Shown: positions 45,925 to 54,871 of the stretch, one piece after another
Position numbering within the stretch: position 1 is the stretch's first letter
Layout: each line of letters opens with the position of its first letter
Assembly: GCA_043800555.1 (NCBI GenBank)
Contig: JAZDMX010000002.1
Coordinates: 668-64,667 of the forward strand
Direction of reading: 5' to 3'
Origin: Candidatus Omnitrophota bacterium
Lineage (GTDB): Bacteria > Omnitrophota > Gorgyraeia > Gygaellales > Profunditerraquicolaceae
DNA length: 64,000 nucleotides
Program-made: the position numbers and the translations under genes
The notes under the pieces: generated by a model
What the model was told of the DNA's origin: nothing
What the model saw: the letters and a program-made list of their open reading frames with translations, nothing else
Databases searched by the model: none

Positions 45925-46365
45925 TTATTTTCTACGCCCTACTAGTGAAAGTTTCTCTATATATTTATCAATGTTTTTTTCTTCGCCAAAAATATCTGCC
46001 CTAATAGATTTAATAAGAGATTTTAATAGCCTATCATGTTCAATAACCCACTCTTCAGACCATCTGGGGAATTTATCTTCGGCACCCTGGCGTACAAAAC
46101 TGTGAAATTCCATTAAATCTTTTACTACCTGAGGACTGGCAATAACCAATAAAAAATTGATGGATTCTGATAGTTTCTCTTGCGCTTTATCATTTTTGTT
46201 ATCAATAGCGACGTCACTTAATGATTTAAGAAAAGACTTATAGTATTCCTCTTTTAATCTCCTATCTTCTGTTTTTAGTTGAAGTCTCTTTGTGAAATAA
46301 AAAGATAGGGATGCTGTTATTACCGATGCAAATAACCCAATTGTAGCTACTATAATTGGCTCCAC
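45925..46365 (-). CDS. Hypothetical membrane-anchored protein
   Basis: 146 aa; single N-terminal TM; no family recognised. Confidence 0.35.
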   Translation of the reverse strand: MEPIIVATIGLFASVITASLSFYFTKRLQLKTEDRRLKEEYYKSFLKSLSDVAIDNKNDKAQEKLSESINFLLVIASPQVVKDLMEFHSFVRQGAEDKFPRWSEEWVIEHDRLLKSLIKSIRADIFGEEKNIDKYIEKLSLVGRRK

Positions 46366-46430
46366 TTGTTTTTCTTCCTTATGCTAATATTTGTTCGCCT
46401 GAGCCTCAAGATCGGCTGAAAAATTGCGCC

Positions 46431-46841
46431 TTAGATCTTCCCGATCGTCTCCCTTACCCATTGATAAACTCTTGTGGCCACTTTAACTATCTCATCCGCA
46501 TCTGATTTATTAACACTGCGGCACTCGTATTGGACAAGGTTTTTGCGGGCGATTACTTTGCGCAACTGCTTGGACTTTTCTTCCGCGCCATCAAAAGGCA
46601 GACCAGCTACCAAATCGCAAACGTCAAAATGATCCTGCGAAACCGAACGTACTCCTTTTCCATAGACACAAATCGCATCTGCAGAAGAAATCACACATTG
46701 AACAGCCAATGTCGCTGCCGCATTCCAGTTTGAGGCATTAAACGCAACCAGCATCTGTTCATAATTATCGGCGGCTTTCTTTAAATACTCCGAAGCTGTA
46801 GATCTGTCCTCTTGCCTGACTTTTATTTCGCGGGCTGTCAT
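46431..46841 (-). CDS. HEPN-domain protein (putative toxin of HEPN/MNT pair)
   Basis: 136 aa; R-x4-6-H motif RSVSQDH; immediately downstream of and co-oriented with the MNT gene. Confidence 0.55.
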   Translation of the reverse strand: MTAREIKVRQEDRSTASEYLKKAADNYEQMLVAFNASNWNAAATLAVQCVISSADAICVYGKGVRSVSQDHFDVCDLVAGLPFDGAEEKSKQLRKVIARKNLVQYECRSVNKSDADEIVKVATRVYQWVRETIGKI

Positions 46842-46843
46842 AC

Positions 46844-47473
46844 CTAAATCTCCAACGGTTCTTTGCCGTATAAAACGGAATAGGATTTCATTAAAGTTGA
46901 AACCGGCGGCTGATTCTTTTTAAGCCGCTCTTTAAATTCAACAGCTGACTTGATATATGCATCCATCTGAACGCCAAAATATGCCTTAAATCTGGGAGCT
47001 ATTTCAGAAAGAAAAACATTTTCAACTGAATGAAGATCCGTAGCCCTAAGGACCACCGCCGCAATATCAATATCGCTTCCTTTTTTGGCTGTCTCGGTTT
47101 GCATGCTTCCGTAAAGGATTAACGATATTATTTTCGTTCTAATCTTAGTTCGCTTGAATTCTTTTAAAAGAAAATCGCGGATTTCGTTCTTAACGTTGCT
47201 TTCAGCGGCAAACATCGGACGAATAATTTTTTGAACAATCCGATCGTCATCATTTAAAGCATAAATATGCTGTTTTCCAATAATATCTAATTTTAAGATG
47301 TTACGGCTATGCAGATCTTTTAATGAGTCATGCGTAGAAGGCGCTGAATAACCAATGAGCTTAGCAATCTGGCGACCTGTGGCCTTGAAGTTCTTCCGAG
47401 CAGTAAAAAGCCGCAAAATTGCTACCTTGGAAGGAGAATCGATAATTTCTTCAATTTGAAATGTTTTAACCAT
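46844..47473 (-). CDS. Minimal nucleotidyltransferase (MNT) with N-terminal winged-HTH (putative antitoxin)
   Basis: 209 aa; NTase signature LYGSMQTETAKKGSDIDIAAV (GS…D.D); N-terminal HTH-like region. Confidence 0.6.
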   Translation of the reverse strand: MVKTFQIEEIIDSPSKVAILRLFTARKNFKATGRQIAKLIGYSAPSTHDSLKDLHSRNILKLDIIGKQHIYALNDDDRIVQKIIRPMFAAESNVKNEIRDFLLKEFKRTKIRTKIISLILYGSMQTETAKKGSDIDIAAVVLRATDLHSVENVFLSEIAPRFKAYFGVQMDAYIKSAVEFKERLKKNQPPVSTLMKSYSVLYGKEPLEI

Positions 47474-47490
47474 AATATAAACCTAACATA

Positions 47491-47508
47491 TGTAAGGTTA
47501 ACCTTACA
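47491..47508. promoter_or_regulatory. Perfect 18-bp palindrome TGTAAGGTTAACCTTACA, candidate operator upstream of the MNT/HEPN operon
   Basis: Located 18 nt upstream of the MNT start codon (47473). Confidence 0.5.
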
Positions 47509-47686
47509 CTGAATATAACACGTTTTATATAATTGTCAAGGAGATTAGCTAATGAAAGCGCCCTACAGAAGTCTGTAAGGCGCTTGTGGCTACTGCACCG
47601 CTTGGCGGTGATTCGGCCAGTTGTCAACATTGGCTGCCCCTACTGGACGAAATATGCAACTGGGTATATTCTCTTGAAACAGTAAA

Positions 47687-48250
47687 TTACTTCGATGAAA
47701 GTATATCCTTGCCCAATTTAACGGCTACTTCCGCTGTCTGAACTAATAGATTTTGTTCGAGTTGATTAAATTGCCCAGAATAAACTATTTCTTTGAGCTT
47801 TAAAGATTTTTCATCTAATTTATCATCGTAGTGAGCACCGCCCTCTTTCTCCGCCACCATTCTTATAACTTCATTTGGAGTATAAATCATACTACCCAAT
47901 CTTACAAAAGGAGAAAATAACCAATCATTTAATTCGTATCTTTGATTAGCAGGAGAAAAAGGCAATAATCCAATAAGAAAGAATGAAATCTTTAAAACTG
48001 TAAATTCATCTGTATCAGAACTTCTTGTAGAGGGTCCATAACAGAATAACAACACATTTCTCTCTTTAGCTAAGTTTATTAAAAGAGGACTGAGACTACG
48101 GCTTCCTGAGCATATTAGCGCTCTTAGTTGGGATGAAATAACTTTAAAATATTTGAGGTCTCCAGATTTTACTTTTTGCAAGGCATCTTCTAACAAAGAT
48201 ATTGATTCGTTTAATTCGTTCAATCTTGTATCAAGACTTTTGCTTTTCAT
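47687..48250 (-). CDS. Hypothetical protein (187 aa), accessory-region gene
   Basis: ORF only; no recognised motif. Confidence 0.35.
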   Translation of the reverse strand: MKSKSLDTRLNELNESISLLEDALQKVKSGDLKYFKVISSQLRALICSGSRSLSPLLINLAKERNVLLFCYGPSTRSSDTDEFTVLKISFFLIGLLPFSPANQRYELNDWLFSPFVRLGSMIYTPNEVIRMVAEKEGGAHYDDKLDEKSLKLKEIVYSGQFNQLEQNLLVQTAEVAVKLGKDILSSK

Positions 48251-48329
48251 CTGATTACTATTTATCCCTTAAACAGAGGTTTATTAAAATTGTTGTAACT
48301 CGTTATAATGCAAATGTTTAATTATTTAA

Positions 48330-48401
48330 CTGCCCCGCATGGAATCGAACCATGATAGTCAGATCCAGAATCTGAAGTCCTACCGATTAGACGACAGGGC
48401 A
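48330..48401 (-). tRNA. tRNA-Gln (anticodon CUG)
   Basis: Reverse complement UGCCCUGUCGUCUAAUCGGUAGGACUUCAGAUUCUGGAUCUGACUAUCAUGGUUCGAUUCCAUGCGGGGCAG. Anticodon stem UCAGA/UCUGA, loop UUCUGGA; T-loop UUCGAUU. Confidence 0.75.
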
Positions 48402-48429
48402 AAATTATTATAGAGGGGCGAAAATGTGG

Positions 48430-48487
48430 GAAACGGGGACGTTTCTACTTTTCCGGCAGCCAGGCTCGAGAAAAGTAGAAACGTCCC
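48430..48487. repeat. Palindromic hairpin repeat, copy 7 (slightly degenerate; loop CGGCAGCCAGGCTCGA)
   Basis: GAAACGGGGACGTTTCTACTTTTC … GAAAAGTAGAAACGTCCCC. Confidence 0.85.
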
Positions 48488-48495
48488 CATTCTCG

Positions 48496-48696
48496 CTACC
48501 AGAGATTCTTCTTGAACCAGGTATCGGCATTATCAACGCTCTTTACAAGCCATGACCAATCTTCCCTGGCCCCTTCCTGGAACCCCTCTTTTGCTCCCTT
48601 GGCCAGCCCGCTTGTCCCCTTATATAATGTCCCGCAGCCGCCCGCCAAAACAACAAAAGCCAGAAGAACACCTGATAAGAATACTTTTTTAAACAT
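48496..48696 (-). CDS. Small lipoprotein (66 aa)
   Basis: MFKKVFLSGVLLAFVVLAGGCG… lipobox. Confidence 0.45.
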   Translation of the reverse strand: MFKKVFLSGVLLAFVVLAGGCGTLYKGTSGLAKGAKEGFQEGAREDWSWLVKSVDNADTWFKKNLW

Positions 48697-50083
48697 CCTC
48701 TCCCCCTTTTACCGCGCCAGAAACCCCCGTTTCTGAAGCCTTTTTTCTTACAGGGTTTACCCAACGGCCCAATCTTTCTTTCGTCCGCTCTTTTCCTAGA
48801 TAATATATTACTTCGAATAATCCCGGCCCGATTGTTTTCCCGGTAAGCGCCACCCTTATCGGATGGATAAGCTCCTTGGATTCAATGTTTAGTTCTTTGA
48901 CTAAGCCGCGGAAACCCTCTTCTATCGTAAGAATATCAAATTTATCCATTTTATCAAGCTTTTCTATGAAGAGCCTAAACTCGCGGGAGAGGTCTTTAGA
49001 CAAACATTTATTTTCGGCCGCCGGGTCAATCTTTAATTCTTTAACAAAGAAAAAATCTGCCCAGTCGGGAAAATCGTTAATGGTAGTCAGGCGAGGCTGA
49101 AATAATCTTACCAGGGAAACCAGATACTCCTTATCCGGGTTATCTTTGCCAATATAGCCTTTCTCAATGAGCGCCGGAACCAGCATATCCGCCAGTTTTT
49201 CGGGATCTTCATTTTTAAGATACTGGTTGTTCATCCAATTAAGCTTCTTCAGGTCAAATGTGGCGGCCGTCTTGTTAACCTGGGTTACGTCAAAGAGTTT
49301 TACCGCCTCACTTATGTCGATACGCTCGACGTTATTCCCGGGAGCCCAGCTTAAAAGCAAAAGGTAATTTACAAGGGCCCGGGGCAAATAACCCATCTTA
49401 CGGTAATCGCTTATGGCGGTCGCGCCTGTCCTTTTAGAGAGCCTGCCTCCTTCTATGCCCATAATTAAAGGCAAATGCGCAAATTTTGGCAAACTAAAAC
49501 CAAGGGCCTCATATAAAAGCGCTTGTTTTGGAGTATTGGAGATATGGTCATCGCCCCGGATAACATGGGTAATATTCATATCCGCGTCATCAACCACGCA
49601 GGCAAAGTTATAAGCCGGCGTCCCGTCGGATTTTATTAAAACCTGGTCTTTGATTACAGCAGTGTCAAACTCAATCTCACCCCGGATTAAATCCTGAATC
49701 TTAATTTTTTGCCGGGGCACCTTAAAGATTACCGCTTCCTGCGGCTTATCCGGAAGCTTCTCTTTATAAGCCTTGCCTTCCTCAAGCAGCCTTTGCGCGC
49801 ATGCGTTATAAATATCGAACCGCTTACTCTGGTAACCAATCTCGTCCCAGTTGAACCCGAGCCATTGCAGGCTGTTTAAGATCTCATCCACGAATTCCTG
49901 CTTTGAACGGGTTTGGTCCGTATCTTCGATCCTAAGGACAAACTTTCCCCCTTTTGCCCGGGCATAAAGCCAATTAAATAAAGCTGTGCGCGCGCCGCCG
50001 ATATGCAGGTTCCCGGTCGGGCTGGGAGCAAAACGGACCTTAATCATTTCTTGTGACTCCGGCGGCAAATCTTTCCCGGCCAT
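48689..50083 (-). CDS. gltX: Glutamyl-tRNA synthetase
   Basis: HIGH-type motif PTGNLHIGGARTALFNW; KMSKS-type RLSKR; overall class I GluRS layout. Confidence 0.9.
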   Translation of the reverse strand: MAGKDLPPESQEMIKVRFAPSPTGNLHIGGARTALFNWLYARAKGGKFVLRIEDTDQTRSKQEFVDEILNSLQWLGFNWDEIGYQSKRFDIYNACAQRLLEEGKAYKEKLPDKPQEAVIFKVPRQKIKIQDLIRGEIEFDTAVIKDQVLIKSDGTPAYNFACVVDDADMNITHVIRGDDHISNTPKQALLYEALGFSLPKFAHLPLIMGIEGGRLSKRTGATAISDYRKMGYLPRALVNYLLLLSWAPGNNVERIDISEAVKLFDVTQVNKTAATFDLKKLNWMNNQYLKNEDPEKLADMLVPALIEKGYIGKDNPDKEYLVSLVRLFQPRLTTINDFPDWADFFFVKELKIDPAAENKCLSKDLSREFRLFIEKLDKMDKFDILTIEEGFRGLVKELNIESKELIHPIRVALTGKTIGPGLFEVIYYLGKERTKERLGRWVNPVRKKASETGVSGAVKGGEDV

Positions 50084-50611
50084 TTATAATCCCATGCCTT
50101 TCTTTAATGCCTTGAGGTTTACCTGGAGGAGTTCCGGCTGGCCCTTTGGCGCCATCTTCTTCATGGCTTTCACGATATTCTCCGGGTTAATAATATTCTT
50201 GCCGGCAAGATACCCGCCCAAGGCCACCATATTGGCTACTTTAATGTTGCCTAAGCCTATCGCTATATCCGTAAATCTTCCGGATACTGATTTAATTTCC
50301 GGCTCACCCTGCGGGCTGGCCAAAGAACTGTTTATAACCATAAGACCGCCGGGTTTTAACCGATTCCTGAATTTGCTTAAAGATGCCTGGTTCATAATAA
50401 TCAGGGTATCCGCTTTATCCACATAAGGAGAGCCGATTTCATCATCAGCCAAAGTCACCATGCAATAGGCGCACCCTCCGCGCACTTCCGGCCCGTAAGC
50501 GGGAAGCCAGGTAACAAACTTATCGTTAAATAGCGCCGCTTCAGCCAGAACTTTTCCCAGAAGCATAATGCCTTGCCCGCCGCTACCGGCGATTATTATA
50601 CGTTCGGTCAT
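50084..50611 (-). CDS. 2-oxoacid:ferredoxin oxidoreductase, gamma subunit
   Basis: MTERIIIAGSGGQGIMLLGKVLAEAA…; POR/VOR gamma family. Confidence 0.8.
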   Translation of the reverse strand: MTERIIIAGSGGQGIMLLGKVLAEAALFNDKFVTWLPAYGPEVRGGCAYCMVTLADDEIGSPYVDKADTLIIMNQASLSKFRNRLKPGGLMVINSSLASPQGEPEIKSVSGRFTDIAIGLGNIKVANMVALGGYLAGKNIINPENIVKAMKKMAPKGQPELLQVNLKALKKGMGL

Positions 50612-50615
50612 TTTA

Positions 50616-51344
50616 TTATTTTATCCTTCCCAACGGGAACTCTTTGGACATGACATCTTTAATCCAATCCAGGGATAATTTAGGGGACATGCCCCAATAG
50701 GTCGGGCAAGCAGATAACATCTCCACTAAAGAAAAACCCACGCCTGTGATCTGATTTATAAATACCTGTTTTATGGCCTTCTTGGCTTTCATAATCTCCT
50801 GCGGGGAATCCAGCGCTACGCGTTCGATATATTTTACCCCCGGTAAAAGCGCTAACATTTCAGAAATCTTCAAAGGATACCCTTGCCCATTGGCTAGCCT
50901 GCCCGACGGAGAAGTGGATGTCTTTTGGTTTAAAAGAGTAGTCGGCGCCATTTGCCCGCCGGTCATCCCGTAAACAGCGTTATTGATGAAAAAAACGGAG
51001 ATGTTCTCTGCGCGGTTAGCCGCATGTATTGTCTCGTTTGTCCCAATGGCTGCCAGGTCTCCGTCACCCTGATAAGTAAATACAATATTCTTCGGCCTGA
51101 CCCTTTTTATGCCGGTAGCCACTGCCAACGCCCTTCCGTGCGCGGCTTCCGAACAATCAAAATCCCAATAATCATAAGCGATGACGGCGCAGCCAACCGG
51201 AGCTACCGCGATAACTTTCTGGCGTATCCCTAATTCATCGATTACTTCGGCAATAAGCCGATGCGCCAGGCTGTGGCCGCAACCCGGGCAATAATGGGTC
51301 GAAACATCCCGCAATGATTTCGGATGAGAGTATATTTTATCCAT
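50616..51344 (-). CDS. 2-oxoacid:ferredoxin oxidoreductase, beta (TPP-binding) subunit
   Basis: …HYCPGCGHSLAHRLI…GDGDLAAIG…. Confidence 0.8.
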   Translation of the reverse strand: MDKIYSHPKSLRDVSTHYCPGCGHSLAHRLIAEVIDELGIRQKVIAVAPVGCAVIAYDYWDFDCSEAAHGRALAVATGIKRVRPKNIVFTYQGDGDLAAIGTNETIHAANRAENISVFFINNAVYGMTGGQMAPTTLLNQKTSTSPSGRLANGQGYPLKISEMLALLPGVKYIERVALDSPQEIMKAKKAIKQVFINQITGVGFSLVEMLSACPTYWGMSPKLSLDWIKDVMSKEFPLGRIK

Positions 51345-52464
51345 TGTATATTTTATTGGCTTTGTTAATTATCTCTTCTTCCGAAGGGACCCCTCCTCCC
51401 GAACGGCCCATAAATTCAACCTTCGCCCGGCCGCAAAGAGCCAACTGCACGTCTTCCAGCATTTGCCCGTAGGACATTTCAACGACCAGGTATTTTCCGT
51501 TTGGCGCCGGGAGTTTAGAAAAAGCCCGCTTAGGAAACGGCCACAAGGTTATCGGCCTGATCAAGCCGGCCTTTTTGCCCTTGCTCCTTAAAATCTTTAC
51601 CGCTGATTTGGCAATCCTGGCCATACTGCCATAGGCAACCAGAATTATTTTCGCGTCATTCACGCAAAATTCTTCCCAGCGCTCTTCTTTCGACTGTATC
51701 TGTTTATACTTTGCCTGCAGCTTAAGGTTAAATTTCTCCAAATCCCCTTCTTTTAAATAAAAAGACTTAACTACGCGGGCTTTCCTGCCCTGGCATCCGC
51801 TCAAAGCCCAGGGCTTATCGATTGATTGCTTCTCTCTGCGGGATGCAAGCTGCCGGCTGCGGGTTGATATCGGCTCCATCATCTGCCCAAGCCTGCCGTC
51901 TCCCAAAATTATCGCCGGGGTCCGGTATTTATCGGCAAGGTCAAAAGCAAGGCTTGTGAAATCATAGCACTCCTGAACAGTTGCCGGGGCTAAAACTATG
52001 CAATGATAATCTCCGTGCCCGCCTGAACGCGTTGCCTGGAAATAATCCGATTGGGCGGGAGCAATATTGCCTAAGCCCGGCCCGCCGCGCACAATATTTA
52101 CGATTACAGCCGGTAACTCTGCTCCGGCTATATAAGAGATGCCTTCCTGTTTCAGGCTGATGCCGGGGCTGGAAGAGGAAGTCATTGCGCGCGCGCCTGC
52201 GGCTGCAGCGCCAAATACCATATTAATCGCGGCCACTTCGGCTTCCGCCTGGATAAAGACTCCTGCGCTTTTCTCCATATGGTTAGCCATATAGGCGATA
52301 AGTTCATTTTGCGGAGTAATCGGATAGCCGGCATAAAACCGGCAGCCTGCGTCGATAGCAGCTTTCGCTATGGCCTCATTACCGGTAATCAGTATTTTCT
52401 TCACCTGTACACCTCGATACAGCAATCCGGGCAGATGACCGCGCACATCGCGCATCCTAGGCAT
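51337..52464 (-). CDS. 2-oxoacid:ferredoxin oxidoreductase, alpha subunit
   Basis: Family-typical N-terminal …ITGNEAIAKAAIDAGCRFYAGYPITPQNE…. Confidence 0.8.
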   Translation of the reverse strand: MPRMRDVRGHLPGLLYRGVQVKKILITGNEAIAKAAIDAGCRFYAGYPITPQNELIAYMANHMEKSAGVFIQAEAEVAAINMVFGAAAAGARAMTSSSSPGISLKQEGISYIAGAELPAVIVNIVRGGPGLGNIAPAQSDYFQATRSGGHGDYHCIVLAPATVQECYDFTSLAFDLADKYRTPAIILGDGRLGQMMEPISTRSRQLASRREKQSIDKPWALSGCQGRKARVVKSFYLKEGDLEKFNLKLQAKYKQIQSKEERWEEFCVNDAKIILVAYGSMARIAKSAVKILRSKGKKAGLIRPITLWPFPKRAFSKLPAPNGKYLVVEMSYGQMLEDVQLALCGRAKVEFMGRSGGGVPSEEEIINKANKIYNG

Positions 52465-52643
52465 TTCTTCCCGGCTTTTCCCGGCGCTCCCGCTGCTTTC
52501 GCATTAGCCTGGGGAGAGAATTTTACCGGTTTTATCCCGCGTAAATTAAGTTCGTCATCTATTATAATCAGCCCTTGGGGACAAGCGCTTACGCACAAAA
52601 GGCAGCCTTTGCATTTATCTTTATTAATGGTGATTCTCGGCAT
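52401..52643 (-). CDS. 2-oxoacid:ferredoxin oxidoreductase, delta subunit (2x[4Fe-4S] ferredoxin)
   Basis: Two CxxCxxCxxxCP motifs (CKGCLLCVSACP; CLGCAMCAVICP). Confidence 0.8.
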   Translation of the reverse strand: MPRITINKDKCKGCLLCVSACPQGLIIIDDELNLRGIKPVKFSPQANAKAAGAPGKAGKKCLGCAMCAVICPDCCIEVYR

Positions 52644-52748
52644 AGACTAAATTTCTCCTACCGGATACAGGTTGCGCCGCTTAAAACGCCTAGCGCCTTA
52701 TGCCATATGATGGCTCATAACGCTTAATAATCCGCGGCGCGAAACCGT

Positions 52749-54611
52749 TTAACGGGCGCTGACCTTATCCTTAATCTTATCCGCAATTGCCTTGGCGGTC
52801 AACCCGTATTTTTCCAACAACAACTCCCTCTTGCCATGCTCAATAAATGAGCAGGGCAAGCCGATCTTTATAACCGCTTTACCCAACGCGTCTTCTATGG
52901 CGCTTCCAAATCCGCCGGCAACAATTCCTTCTTCAACCGTAAAAATATAGCTTACCTTCCTAGATATTTCGTCAAATAATGGCTTATCCAAAGGCTTGGC
53001 AAAGCGCGAGTTTATCAAAAATCCCGATAGCCCTTCCTTCTTCAGCAATTCCCGGGCCTCTAAAGAAACCTTGACCATGCTTCCTAAGGCAAAAATGGCA
53101 AAATCTTTCCCTTCGCTTAGGACTTCTGCCTTGCCTAATTCAATCTCCTGGGTTTTAGCCCCTTCTGCCAGGCCCTCTGCCTTTCCCTTAGGATACCTTA
53201 TTACCATGGGGAGGCCGGATTTAAGGCTAAACTCAAGCATCATTTCTAACTCCTTAGCGCCTTTCGGCGCTAAAATCGCCAAGTTCGGGACTGTATTTAA
53301 GAAGCTTATATCGAATACCCCCTGGTGAGTCATTCCGTCTTCTCCGGTAATCCCGGCGCGGTCAACGCAAAAGATAACCGCCAGTTTCTGTAGGGCCACA
53401 TCTTCGATAATCTGGTCATAAGCCCTCTGTAAAAAAGTGGAATATAAAACGACCACCGGCTTAAGCCCGGCCTTGGCTAATCCGGCGGCAAAACAAACGG
53501 CGTGCCCCTCGGCAATGCCGACATCAAAGAACCTGTCCGGAAATAAACAACGGAACTTGTCCAACCCTGTCCCTTCGGGCATCGCCGCAGTAATGGCCAT
53601 AATTTTGTTATCTCCGGCGGCTAACTCCGCCAGCTTGTCGCTAAAGACCTCCGTATAGGTTTTTACTCCGGGCGGATTAGGCAGGCCCAAGCCTGTCTGA
53701 ATGTCAAAAGGGCCTGTCCCATGGAACCTCACCGGTTCTTTTTCGGCGGCAAAATAACCTTTGCCCTTTTTTGTAACTATGTGCAGGATGCGCGGCCCTT
53801 TTATATTCAGTATATTTTTGAGGGAATGCACCAAAGGCTCTATGTTGTGCCCGTCAAACGGGCCAAAATAACGAAAGCCCAGCTCTTCGAATAACATCCC
53901 CGGTATAAATAGGCCTTTGAGCCCTTCTTCAAATTTATAAAACAAATTTAGGATCCGGCTCTTGCCTGTCCCGTGTTTGGTAAGAAAATTCTCCAAAGAT
54001 TCCTTAAAACGGTTATAAACCGGAAGAGAAATTATTTTATTCAAATAATTGCTTATGGCCCCGACATTGGGAGAAATGCTTAACTCATTGGTGTTGAGGA
54101 CTACCAGTATGTCTTTTTTCAAGTGGCCGGCGTTATTTAAACCCTCGAAGCACAAGCCTCCGCTTAAAGAGCCATCCCCGATCACCGCCACAACCTTAAA
54201 GTGATTGTCAACGGGGAGCCTGTCTCTGGCTATTGCTAACCCTAAAGCCAAAGATACCGCATTTGAAGAATGCCCGGTCGTAAAGCAATCATAGGCCGAT
54301 TCATCTTGAGACGGAAATCCCGAAATCCCCCGGTAAGCCCTAAGCGTGGAGAATTCTTTGTTCCTGCCGGTCAATATCTTGTGCGCGTAAGCCTGGTGGC
54401 CGACATCAAAAACTATTTTATCAACAGGGGTATTCAAGCAATAATGCAGGGCAATTATCAATTCTACCGCTCCCAAGCTAGAAGCCAGATGCCCCCCGTT
54501 AACTGCCACAACCTCGGTTATCCTCTGCCTTATCTCCGAAGCAAGCAGCGGCAGCTCTTCAAGCTTGAGCTTCTTTAAACCCTGCGGAGAATCAATGCCT
54601 TCCAGCAACAT
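52749..54611 (-). CDS. dxs: 1-deoxy-D-xylulose-5-phosphate synthase
   Basis: …GGHLASSLGAVELIIALHY…DVGHQAYAHKILTGR…GDGSLSGG… (TPP-binding transketolase-like). Confidence 0.9.
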   Translation of the reverse strand: MLLEGIDSPQGLKKLKLEELPLLASEIRQRITEVVAVNGGHLASSLGAVELIIALHYCLNTPVDKIVFDVGHQAYAHKILTGRNKEFSTLRAYRGISGFPSQDESAYDCFTTGHSSNAVSLALGLAIARDRLPVDNHFKVVAVIGDGSLSGGLCFEGLNNAGHLKKDILVVLNTNELSISPNVGAISNYLNKIISLPVYNRFKESLENFLTKHGTGKSRILNLFYKFEEGLKGLFIPGMLFEELGFRYFGPFDGHNIEPLVHSLKNILNIKGPRILHIVTKKGKGYFAAEKEPVRFHGTGPFDIQTGLGLPNPPGVKTYTEVFSDKLAELAAGDNKIMAITAAMPEGTGLDKFRCLFPDRFFDVGIAEGHAVCFAAGLAKAGLKPVVVLYSTFLQRAYDQIIEDVALQKLAVIFCVDRAGITGEDGMTHQGVFDISFLNTVPNLAILAPKGAKELEMMLEFSLKSGLPMVIRYPKGKAEGLAEGAKTQEIELGKAEVLSEGKDFAIFALGSMVKVSLEARELLKKEGLSGFLINSRFAKPLDKPLFDEISRKVSYIFTVEEGIVAGGFGSAIEDALGKAVIKIGLPCSFIEHGKRELLLEKYGLTAKAIADKIKDKVSAR

Positions 54612-54613
54612 CC

Positions 54614-54871
54614 CTAACCTTTCCCCCGGTCATCTTCGGAGAAATCCTGAAGCGAGAATTTCCCGTCTTTTTTCATCAAAGACGACACCTTGGTTTCGGC
54701 ATCCTGCAACGCCTGAGAACAGCTTTCGGCAAGCTTGATCCCTTCCTCGTATTTCTTAAGCGCCTCCCCCAGGGTAAGCTTACCGCCGGATAAATCTTCC
54801 ACGATTTTATGCAGCTTCTTTATATCTTCTTCAAGCGGCTGTTTTTCTTTTGTCATTGGTGACCTCCTCAA
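54614..54871 (-). CDS. xseB: Exodeoxyribonuclease VII small subunit
   Basis: 85 aa; …LTLGEALKKYEEGIKLAESCSQALQDAE…; immediately downstream of xseA. Confidence 0.8.
   Translation of the reverse strand: MRRSPMTKEKQPLEEDIKKLHKIVEDLSGGKLTLGEALKKYEEGIKLAESCSQALQDAETKVSSLMKKDGKFSLQDFSEDDRGKG

Noticed and set aside
19106-48487. Considered whether the conserved palindromic repeats form a CRISPR array
   Set aside because: Copies are separated by 1-10 kb of ordinary genes rather than 25-50-bp spacers, are fully palindromic and are not adjacent to cas genes. They are REP/MITE/terminator-like instead.
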